From Oscillospiraceae bacterium (GTDB lineage: Bacteria > Bacillota > Clostridia > Oscillospirales > Acutalibacteraceae): a stretch of DNA of 64,000 bases. Both the position numbers and the translations under genes were made by a program. The stretch lies in the NCBI GenBank assembly GCA_009785335.1, contig WQWM01000005.1, positions 24,597-88,596 of the forward strand, written 5' to 3'. Of the stretch, positions 26,970 through 34,086 are shown one piece after another; the first letter of the stretch is position 1, and each line of letters begins with the position of its first letter. The notes beneath the pieces were generated by a model. The model searched no databases. It worked only from the letters and a program-made list of their open reading frames with translations, and had not been told where the DNA came from.

Positions 26970-27773
26970 CTAGACGAATGCGCGAATGAGCAACATGCCC
27001 AACCACAGCACCACAAAATGCACGGGATAAATAACATAAAACAGCCATTTCATGGTTTTGCTGCGCTTGCCACGCTCGCCGCTATAGCGCGTGAGCAGGA
27101 AGGCTGCAATCACAATGCCGATTTGGAAGGTCATCTGCACGGGCGAAAATTGGTAGTTCATCAATCGGGGCAGATTTACACCAGCCTCGGCAAACTGTGC
27201 TGCCAGCTCTGGTGTAGTCATTGCGGAGGTGAAGAAGCCGATGATCGTAAATATCACTGCGGCAAACACAGGCGGCACCACGCGGCGTGCGGTTTCGTTT
27301 TTGATGATGTGCGCCATGAGCACCATGGCCACGCCCACGAAGTACCATTCTAAGATAACAAGAGACAGCGGCGCAATGACGAGCACGAACAGGAGCCAAA
27401 ACAACACTTTGCTTTTCATTTTGTCATACATCGTGAGCACCAGCAAGCTTGCCACGATGTTAAACATGATGTTGAAGAAGGGATATAGCATGGGATTGCC
27501 GCCGCCCATGGGGATGGTAAGGACAAGGATGTGGAAGGGCAGCGCAAGCAGCCCAAACAACAGCACACGCAAGATGTATCGCTTGTGGTTGGAGGTATGC
27601 TTATAGCCTTCGGCGACGAAATAGGCCATGATGGGGAAGGTGAGGCCGCCGGCGATATACATGGGGAAGGCGAGCCAAATGGGGATGATTTCCCACCAGG
27701 CGATGACCATGTGGCTGGTGATCATGCCGATGACGGCCATGAGTTTGAGTTGGTTGGCGTTGAGTTTGAACAT
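26970..27773 (-). CDS. TraX family membrane protein, copy 2
   Basis: Start MFKLNANQLKLMAVIGM; roughly half identical by eye to copy 1 (FVAEGYKHTSNHKRYILRV, IKNETARR, GERGKRSK shared). Confidence 0.8.
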   Translation of the reverse strand: MFKLNANQLKLMAVIGMITSHMVIAWWEIIPIWLAFPMYIAGGLTFPIMAYFVAEGYKHTSNHKRYILRVLLFGLLALPFHILVLTIPMGGGNPMLYPFFNIMFNIVASLLVLTMYDKMKSKVLFWLLFVLVIAPLSLVILEWYFVGVAMVLMAHIIKNETARRVVPPVFAAVIFTIIGFFTSAMTTPELAAQFAEAGVNLPRLMNYQFSPVQMTFQIGIVIAAFLLTRYSGERGKRSKTMKWLFYVIYPVHFVVLWLGMLLIRAFV

Positions 27774-27983
27774 GAATGTAATTTCCTTTCGGTCATTGAT
27801 TATACATATAGTATAACGCACCTGCGGTGAGCAGTTCGCGCATATAAGTTTGATTAGCGCAAACTATGATGCACGCGTTATAGTATGTACCTAGTATAAC
27901 GCAAACTGGAGGGTTTTGCTAGCGATTTTGGGTGGAACTTTCGCAACTGGCGGTTGCGGGGCGGGGGAATGTGCGTAGACAAG

Positions 27984-28068
27984 TCGCTTCGCGAGCCTTC
28001 CTCAGTCGCACCCGAGGTGCGCCAGCTCCTTCCAGGGGAAGGAGCTAAGGCTTAAGAGGATGACGACA
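27984..28068. repeat. Fam-B module between mini-protein array and TraX operon
   Basis: TCGCTTCGCGAGCCTTCCTCAGTCGCACCCGAGGTGCGCCAGCTCCTTCCAGGGGAAGGAGC. Confidence 0.8.
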
Positions 28069-28080
28069 ATAAAATTTTAA

Positions 28081-28108
28081 CAGGCGGCTACGATAATGTA
28101 GCCGCCTG
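28081..28108 (-). terminator. terminator after mini-protein array
   Basis: CAGGCGGCTAC-GATAAT-GTAGCCGCCTG; T/A-rich run downstream on minus strand. Confidence 0.65.
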
Positions 28109-28124
28109 TGGGTTATTGTGTTGG

Positions 28125-28295
28125 TTAGCTGAGAAACCATTGAATTAAACTGACGAAGCTATAGAGCGCAAAGGCGGCGGGAACGATCAAAATAGACCAA
28201 AATGGCAGGTAAAAATGAAGACCTATGTTAAGCATTAGCCCAAAGAAGAACGTTGAAAAAGCAGCCAAAGCTGAACCGATGATAATCCATTGCAT
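28125..28295 (-). CDS. mini-membrane protein, class B (56 aa), array gene 6
   Basis: SD AGGAGG, 12 nt after gene 5 stop; MQWIIIGSALAAFSTFFFGLMLNIGLHFYLPFWSILIVPAAFALYSFVSLIQWFLS; hairpin terminator follows. Confidence 0.6.
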   Translation of the reverse strand: MQWIIIGSALAAFSTFFFGLMLNIGLHFYLPFWSILIVPAAFALYSFVSLIQWFLS

Positions 28296-28307
28296 AAGCG
28301 GTACCTC

Positions 28308-28460
28308 CTAATAAAAGATAGCGGAAATGAGCCACATGAGCAAGATGGCCAGCAGGGGAATGAGCGCAGCAATGGTGGCGATGGTGAACCCCCAACCTGC
28401 AACTGTGTTGCCGAGGTAGAAATGACCGTGGGCGATGAAGCCGAGACCAAGAGCTAGCAT
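28308..28460 (-). CDS. mini-membrane protein, class A (50 aa), array gene 5
   Basis: SD GAAAGGA; MLALGLGFIAHGHFYLGNTVAGWGFTIATIAALIPLLAILLMWLISAIFY. Confidence 0.6.
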   Translation of the reverse strand: MLALGLGFIAHGHFYLGNTVAGWGFTIATIAALIPLLAILLMWLISAIFY

Positions 28461-28488
28461 TCCGAGATCATCCTTTCTGTTGGTGTGG

Positions 28489-28656
28489 TTAGCGGAAGAT
28501 GCGCACCAGACTGAAGGTGCCGAAAATGAACAGGGCAGTAGATAATAAGGAAAGGAGGGCTGGGGTGATGTTGGGCGTATGTCCTATCTGAATAAAAACA
28601 AAAAATGTGCCAATGGCTGCAATAAAGGAACCAAGTGAAATTAAAATTGGGTGCAT
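28489..28656 (-). CDS. mini-membrane protein, class B (55 aa), array gene 4
   Basis: SD GGAAGGAAAA; MHPILISLGSFIAAIGTFFVFIQIGHTPNITPALLSLLSTALFIFGTFSLVRIFR. Confidence 0.6.
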   Translation of the reverse strand: MHPILISLGSFIAAIGTFFVFIQIGHTPNITPALLSLLSTALFIFGTFSLVRIFR

Positions 28657-28693
28657 ATTAGTTTTTCCTTCCTGTTGTGTCTGTGAGGGCTAG

Positions 28694-28873
28694 TTAGCTG
28701 AAAATCCACCGCCAAAAAAAGTGAAAAAGTATGCCGAAACCAGCAATCGCAGCGGAGACAAGCCAAATAAAATATGCGGTGAAAGGACCAAGCAAAGCAG
28801 TGTTTTGAAAGCTCAAACTCGACAAGAACAAGACAGAGGCTAAGATAAGTGAGCTGATAGAGATAAAATTCAT
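28694..28873 (-). CDS. mini-membrane protein, class C (59 aa), array gene 3
   Basis: SD GAAAGGA; MNFISISSLILASVLFLSSLSFQNTALLGPFTAYFIWLVSAAIAGFGILFHFFWRWIFS. Confidence 0.55.
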   Translation of the reverse strand: MNFISISSLILASVLFLSSLSFQNTALLGPFTAYFIWLVSAAIAGFGILFHFFWRWIFS

Positions 28874-28903
28874 GCAATCAAATCCTTTCTGTTTATGTGC
28901 AGG

Positions 28904-29068
28904 TTAGAAGAAAATCCATCGACCTAAATTGAACATGCCGTAAATAAACATGGCAACAGACAACAAAAACGGAGGGGCGGTGAAGAAGTTGGGCGCATGT
29001 CCCATCATAACAAAAGCGAAGAATGCGCCAATGGCTGTGGCAAACGAACCAATTATAATCCAAAGCAT
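28904..29068 (-). CDS. mini-membrane protein, class B (54 aa), array gene 2
   Basis: SD AAGGAGGAG 5 nt upstream, 12 nt after gene 1 stop; MLWIIIGSFATAIGAFFAFVMMGHAPNFFTAPPFLLSVAMFIYGMFNLGRWIFF. Confidence 0.6.
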   Translation of the reverse strand: MLWIIIGSFATAIGAFFAFVMMGHAPNFFTAPPFLLSVAMFIYGMFNLGRWIFF

Positions 29069-29080
29069 ATTTACTCCTCC

Positions 29081-29266
29081 TTACCAAAAAATAGTGAAAA
29101 GTAGACCTATCAACAACAAAAGTAGCGGTACAAGCAGCACGGCCACAGTGGCAAGGGAAAAAATCCAGCCGCCAACCGAGTTGCCTAGAGAAAAATGACC
29201 AAAGGCCACCAGCCCAAGACCTGCGGGGATGAGCAAGAGCACAGGAAAAATCGAATCTACTAGCAT
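29081..29266 (-). CDS. mini-membrane protein, class A (61 aa), array gene 1
   Basis: Track ORF; SD AAAGGA 8 nt upstream; MLVDSIFPVLLLIPAGLGLVAFGHFSLGNSVGGWIFSLATVAVLLVPLLLLLIGLLFTIFW. Confidence 0.65.
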   Translation of the reverse strand: MLVDSIFPVLLLIPAGLGLVAFGHFSLGNSVGGWIFSLATVAVLLVPLLLLLIGLLFTIFW

Positions 29267-29384
29267 ATGACCAGTCCTTTCGGCATAATATTACGAGCGT
29301 GTGACCGATATGTTACTAATCTGTCGCGCGGATGGAAGAAATTCCTCACATTATAGTGAAGTAAATTAAGTAATAGTTTTATTC

Positions 29385-29540
29385 GCTCACCACCCTCACC
29401 CCTCGCGACTCGGGGAGCTCCCTCCCAAGGAGGGAGCGTGGGCTTGCAGCCGAATGTTACGATGTCGTTATATCCTTAATCCTCCGCTCCCTCTTCTAGA
29501 GGGAGCTCCCCGAGCCGCGAGGGGTGAGGGTGGTGAATTT
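29385..29540. repeat. ~150-bp inverted pair of Fam-B-variant modules (large palindrome)
   Basis: CACCACCCTCACCCCTCGCGACTCGGGGAGCTCCCTC .. GAGGGAGCTCCCCGAGCCGCGAGGGGTGAGGGTGGTG. Confidence 0.8.
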
Positions 29541-29600
29541 AAGCGTCGTTGAAAATGTCAAAATATAAAAAAATGGGCGGATAAAAATCCACCCATAGAC

Positions 29601-30968
29601 TTAATTTATCAAATATGGCGCGCCGGACACGAAATCCATGGGGTTGAGGGCCGTGCGCGAGCCGTCGGCGTTGAAGCGATCAACTTGGAAGTGCAGGTGC
29701 GGGCCTGTGGAATTGCCGGTATTGCCCATCATACCCAGATGTTGACCGGCGGAGATGGGCATGTCGCGCCGCAAGCCGGGCGCAAACGACCGCAGATGCA
29801 TATATACCGTTTGGATGCGGCCATTGGCGGGGGCAAAGTGGCCGTGGTAGATGACCACATAGTTGCCCATGCTGGCGTTGAAGCCAAACGCTGCCACCAC
29901 GCCGCACAATGCGGCATGAATGGTCCAGTTGGGTGCCCAGTTGTTGGCGATGGAGACATCTACCCCGCGGTGCACGCGGCCGCCACGGAAGGGCTCGCTT
30001 GCACCAAAACGGCTGGTGATGCGTGCGCCGTGGTGGGGGAAGGGCCAAACCATTTGCCCGGTGTTTTGCACGCTGCCGATTTCACCGGCTTGAATGCGTT
30101 GGTTGATGATGGCGTTGATATCACGCTGGGCTTGTTCCATGGCATTTTGTTCACGCCGGATCATTTCCTCGACATCGCGGCGATTGCGGCCAATGCTGTT
30201 GATAATGCCTTGAATTTCGTTGCGGATTTCGTTGATGCGCTGGATTTCTTCGTCGAGCACGGCTTGTTCTTCGCGCTGGCGCAGCAGGCTTTGTGTGACG
30301 GCAAAGGTGTCGTCTTGTAGCTGTTCGCGCTGCGCTTGCAGGCGCTGTTGTTCTTCACGCAGTTGCTGTTGCAGCACGGCCATGTGCGCCATTTCGTCTT
30401 CCAGGTCTTCGCGCAGTTGGGCATCGGACTCGGCCTGGCGGGTGATGAACTCCGTGACGGTGAGGATGCCAGAGAGGTCTTCACTGGCCAGCAGCAATTG
30501 CAGATTGCTGACAGGCCCATTGATGTATTGCTGGCGCAGGCGTTGCATCAGCAGCTCTTGCATGGCATGGATTTGCTCAGTGCGTTCTTGCGTTTCGGCA
30601 TACAGCAGGTCGATTTGTTCCTGGCTTTCTTCAATGCCTGCGTTTAGCTCACGAATGCGGGCGTTGAGGTCATCAATTTGTGCGGTGAGTGCGTTGACTT
30701 CAACTTGGATGAGATTGATTTTTTCCTGCACGGCTTGCACTTCAGCATCCAAAGCGGGCAGCAGGGCTTCTTGGCTGGCTTGTTGGGCGCGCAGGTTGGT
30801 TACCTCGGTGCGTTGTTCGTCGATGCGGCGTTGAATCTGCTGCATTTCGTTGCGGATTTCGCGTTCGGTGCGGGCAGAGGGAAACACGGTGGTGGTGAAA
30901 AGCAGGGTGAGTGTGAGAATAATAGAAATGGCGCGCTTGGGAAGTCCCCCCCTGTCGCGTTGCGACAT
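29601..30968 (-). CDS. M23 family metallopeptidase with long coiled-coil N-domain (EnvC/PcsB-like FtsEX partner)
   Basis: C-terminal HRGVD and GPHLHFQV LytM motifs; about 300-aa Q/E/L coiled coil; anchor AISIILTLTLLFTTTVF; directly downstream of ftsX. Start uncertain (30968, 30989 or upstream) because the 5' region is repeat DNA. Confidence 0.85.
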   Translation of the reverse strand: MSQRDRGGLPKRAISIILTLTLLFTTTVFPSARTEREIRNEMQQIQRRIDEQRTEVTNLRAQQASQEALLPALDAEVQAVQEKINLIQVEVNALTAQIDDLNARIRELNAGIEESQEQIDLLYAETQERTEQIHAMQELLMQRLRQQYINGPVSNLQLLLASEDLSGILTVTEFITRQAESDAQLREDLEDEMAHMAVLQQQLREEQQRLQAQREQLQDDTFAVTQSLLRQREEQAVLDEEIQRINEIRNEIQGIINSIGRNRRDVEEMIRREQNAMEQAQRDINAIINQRIQAGEIGSVQNTGQMVWPFPHHGARITSRFGASEPFRGGRVHRGVDVSIANNWAPNWTIHAALCGVVAAFGFNASMGNYVVIYHGHFAPANGRIQTVYMHLRSFAPGLRRDMPISAGQHLGMMGNTGNSTGPHLHFQVDRFNADGSRTALNPMDFVSGAPYLIN

Positions 30969-31075
30969 CCCCCCTACAGGGGGGACCATGGCAAAGCCGC
31001 GACGTTTGATTTTCGCCAGAGACCCCCCTGTAGGGGGGCAAGTGCCGTCAAGGACGGCACGGGGGGGTGGCAACC
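30935..31075. repeat. Fam-E-type palindromic modules between ftsX and the M23 peptidase body
   Basis: CCCCCCTGTCGCGTTGCGACATCCCCCCTACAGGGGGG.. read directly. Confidence 0.7.
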
Positions 31076-32010
31076 TACGCTTGAGTTTCAGTTTCATAGA
31101 CATTCTCCTTGAGGTAGCGCGTGATGGACAGCATGGAACCGCCACCACCGGTGAGCAGACCAAGACCAAAAAACACGATGAGCAACAACGGCAGTTGTGC
31201 CAGCAGCGAAAGTGGTGTGAAAGTGGGCAACAGCACGCTCAGCAGAGAGCCAAGCAGACGAGCCACGCCGAAGAAATAGACCAAGCAAACAATACCCAAT
31301 GCAATGGCAGAGCCCGCAAAGCCGATAATCAGCCCTTCGACCAAAAAAGGCCAGCGAATGAACGCCGGAGCAGCACCAACGCTTTTCATCACCTTGATTT
31401 CTTGCTGGCGGGTGAACATGGTGGTTTGCACGGTGCTGGAAATGATGAAAATCGACACTAACAGCAGCACGATAATCAATGCGCCGCCCACGATGAGGAA
31501 CGCACGCTCGATGGTGGCCAGTTGCTGCGCCACGCCTTGCATGTGCCCCACGGATGTGATGGCTTGGTCGAAATCTTCCAGCTGGCGAACGGTGGCGTTG
31601 AAGTATTCTAGTTGCTGGCTTGCGGGGCTGATTTCAAAGCTGGGGGGCAGGAAATCTTCGCGGGCGCCGTCCAGCAGGCGAAAATCGTCGGCATAAGTGA
31701 CACGCATGTGTTCGAGGGCTTCGGCCTGCGACACATAGCGCACCTCGCGTACATTATCCAGTGTGGCAATACGGCGTTCAAGATCGTTGCGTTGGTTTTC
31801 TTCTAGTCCCGGCACGAGAAACACGCGGATGACATTGCGTGAACTGAAGTCTTGAAAGGCACGGTTGAAGTCGCTGGCGGTGAGAAAAACTAGGCCGATG
31901 AGCATTAAACAACTAACCAACACCAGCACAGAGGCCATGCTCATGGTGCGGTTGGACGAGATATTGCGAAAGCCCATGCGGGTTAAATATCCGCGGCCGT
32001 GTTTTGCCAT
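31075..32010 (-). CDS. ftsX: cell-division ABC transporter permease FtsX
   Basis: Start MAKHGRGYLTRMGFRNISSNR; 1 TM, extracellular loop, 3 TM layout; track ORF 5' extension is a REP. Confidence 0.85.
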   Translation of the reverse strand: MAKHGRGYLTRMGFRNISSNRTMSMASVLVLVSCLMLIGLVFLTASDFNRAFQDFSSRNVIRVFLVPGLEENQRNDLERRIATLDNVREVRYVSQAEALEHMRVTYADDFRLLDGAREDFLPPSFEISPASQQLEYFNATVRQLEDFDQAITSVGHMQGVAQQLATIERAFLIVGGALIIVLLLVSIFIISSTVQTTMFTRQQEIKVMKSVGAAPAFIRWPFLVEGLIIGFAGSAIALGIVCLVYFFGVARLLGSLLSVLLPTFTPLSLLAQLPLLLIVFFGLGLLTGGGGSMLSITRYLKENVYETETQA

Positions 32011-32070
32011 GGGGGTCTCCTTGTGATGGTGAAGTATAGGAATAAAACTTAATGTATCAGATTTTGAGGT

Positions 32071-32098
32071 CCCGGGCGGATTTACATCCGCCCCTACA
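32071..32098. repeat. REP hairpin flanking RAYT-1 (3' side)
   Basis: CCCGGGCGGATTTACATCCGCCCCTACA. Confidence 0.9.
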
Positions 32099-32167
32099 GG
32101 TGGAGATTTTTTCAAATTTGGTGAATTTGTCAATTTGAAGACGTTCCCTGCAAGGTGGAGGGCGATT

Positions 32168-32641
32168 TTATATGAAATAAAACCTATCTTTTTCCCATGT
32201 TGCGGGGTTTTTGAAAATATATTCTTCTATGCATCGTCGTTCATCATCGTCATGCAGGATATTATCAAAGAAAGAACGCTGCCAAAGTGAAAACCCAATT
32301 CTTCGCGTAACTGCGGCTTTATACGCACGGACAATAGAGGAAAGGTCGGGCGGATTCATATCCGCTCCTACAGGTTGTGGCTTGTTTAAGCTGATGATAA
32401 AGTGAGCATGGTTAGGCATGATGATAGATGCTCCTAAGTCAACATTGAGCATAGATGCGGTTTTGCGCAACTCGTCTTGAGCGACCTTGCCATATTCACT
32501 TAACTGCATTTTACCGTCTATCACTTGGCCAAACATCATCTCGCCATTTTTCACACATATGGTAACAAAATATATACCAGTGCGAGAATAGTCGTATCCA
32601 CGGAGCCGCAAAGAGTTTTTTCGAATGCGATCATTTTTCAT
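32168..32641 (-). CDS. REP-associated tyrosine transposase (RAYT, IS200/IS605-type Y1 HUH), copy 1
   Basis: 157 aa; HUH PNHAHFII; WQRSFFDNIL..EEYIFKNPATW tyrosine region; flanked by inverted REPs and carries one REP in frame. Confidence 0.85.
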   Translation of the reverse strand: MKNDRIRKNSLRLRGYDYSRTGIYFVTICVKNGEMMFGQVIDGKMQLSEYGKVAQDELRKTASMLNVDLGASIIMPNHAHFIISLNKPQPVGADMNPPDLSSIVRAYKAAVTRRIGFSLWQRSFFDNILHDDDERRCIEEYIFKNPATWEKDRFYFI

Positions 32642-32661
32642 GACTTTCCTCGTGTACAGGC

Positions 32662-32688
32662 TGTAGGGGCGGGTGTTAACCCGCCCGG
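32662..32688. repeat. REP hairpin flanking RAYT-1 (5' side, inverted)
   Basis: TGTAGGGGCGGGTGTTAACCCGCCCGG. Confidence 0.9.
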
Positions 32689-32713
32689 AGTGTGAAAAAA
32701 CAACAACTTGAAT

Positions 32714-33466
32714 TTACCCCACACGGCGTTCGAAGTTATAGGCTGGGATGGGTGTGGTGTGGCGGCGCACAGGTTGCGGCGGCACGAGGGTTGGGGCTTG
32801 GCGCAGGCCGCCGTCGGCAGTGACGATGCCGTTATCCAGAATAATGATGCGTTTGTTGTATTGCCGCACGAGCTCGTGGGCATGGGTAACCATGACGATG
32901 GTGGTGCCTTGCTCGTTGAGTTGCACGAAGAGATCAAGCAATTCGCGGCTCATGCGGGGGTCGATGTTGCCGGTGGGTTCGTCGGCAATAATGAGGTCGG
33001 GATTGTTGGCCAATGCGCGGGCGATGGCCACGCGCTGTTGCTCGCCGCCCGAAAGCTCGCTGGGTTTGCTGTGTGCCTTGTGGCTAAGCCCAACCAGCTG
33101 CAGCAGATAGGCCACGCGCTCACGGATGGCGCGCTCGCGCCTGCCCACCACGCGCATGGCAAAGGCAATGTTGTCGTATACGTTCATCGTGGCGATGAGG
33201 CGGAAATCTTGAAAGACCATGCCCAGTTGACGGCGATAGTGCGGAATTTGCTTGCGGCTGAGGTTATTGAGCTCATAGCGGCCCACACGCACGGTGCCGC
33301 CGGTGGGGATTTCCTCATGCAGCAACAGCTTGAGGAAGGTGCTTTTGCCTGCGCCCGAAGAGCCCACCACAAACACGAATTCACGCGGGGCTATGGTGAG
33401 GTTGACCCCACGCAGTGCCTTGGTGCCGTTGGGATATTCTTTTGTGACCTCGCGGAACTCTATCAT
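32714..33466 (-). CDS. ftsE: cell-division ATP-binding protein FtsE
   Basis: Start MIEFREV after GGAG SD; Walker A GSSGAGKST, signature LSGGEQQRVAIARA, Walker B LIIADEPTG. Confidence 0.9.
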   Translation of the reverse strand: MIEFREVTKEYPNGTKALRGVNLTIAPREFVFVVGSSGAGKSTFLKLLLHEEIPTGGTVRVGRYELNNLSRKQIPHYRRQLGMVFQDFRLIATMNVYDNIAFAMRVVGRRERAIRERVAYLLQLVGLSHKAHSKPSELSGGEQQRVAIARALANNPDLIIADEPTGNIDPRMSRELLDLFVQLNEQGTTIVMVTHAHELVRQYNKRIIILDNGIVTADGGLRQAPTLVPPQPVRRHTTPIPAYNFERRVG

Positions 33467-33629
33467 GCTAAACACTCCTCTGTTAAACTGCTATGCGCCA
33501 GCGCGGTAAATCTATACAACTTTTGCAAGATAAAGGAAAAAAGCGCGGCAAAATTTACCGAACCCCTAAAATGGGCGAAAGACGCATCACTGCGTCTTTC
33601 GAAAAAAATCGGATATTTGGATTAAATAG

Positions 33630-33790
33630 GATGTGTCTTCAAATGCACAAGTTGCACAAAACTGGACATTATCGTCAGCAGGTAGGGGCGGCAATCTTGC
33701 CGCCCGAAAACCTTAATGTTGCCATCTTTGTTATAGCCCGGGCGGCAAAATTGCCGCCCCTACAGGTTGATCGCTTATTTGAAGACAGTC
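33630..33790. mobile_element. MITE/REPIN-like composite: GTGTCTTCAAAT..ATTTGAAGACA termini around an inverted REP doublet (33682-33764)
   Basis: Same architecture as 42098-42269 and 45129-45284. Confidence 0.7.
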
Positions 33791-33799
33791 TCTACAAGG

Positions 33800-34075
33800 C
33801 TACTTTAGCCGAACTGCGGTGCCCCAAACCATGATTTGCACGCCGGTTTCGGAAGCTTCTTTGTCGTAGTATACGCGGATGATGGCATCGGCACCCATGG
33901 CTTGGGCTTTGGCGATCATGCTGTTGTTGGCGCGCTCCACGCCTTCTTCAATGATCTTGCCGATTTGCTCGGTGCGCAGTGTGAGTTTGAACGGTGGCAC
34001 ACCCACGCCGGTGACGAGGCCCAGTGCTTCGTCAATGTCACGGCCGGGCACGAAATCAGTGTTGGTGATTAACAT
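33800..34075 (-). CDS. YbjQ/UPF0145 family protein
   Basis: 91 aa; MLITNTDFVPGRDI..GADAIIRVYYD pattern. Confidence 0.8.
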   Translation of the reverse strand: MLITNTDFVPGRDIDEALGLVTGVGVPPFKLTLRTEQIGKIIEEGVERANNSMIAKAQAMGADAIIRVYYDKEASETGVQIMVWGTAVRLK

Positions 34076-34086
34076 AGCGATTCTCC

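Noticed and set aside
30220-30834. 204-aa plus-strand ORF and neighbouring ORFs antisense to the M23 peptidase coiled coil
   Set aside because: They are antisense low-complexity (S/C/R-rich) frames of a Q/E/L-rich gene.
32708-33625. 305-aa plus-strand ORF
   Set aside because: It is antisense to ftsE, whose Walker A, signature and Walker B motifs are unambiguous on the minus strand.
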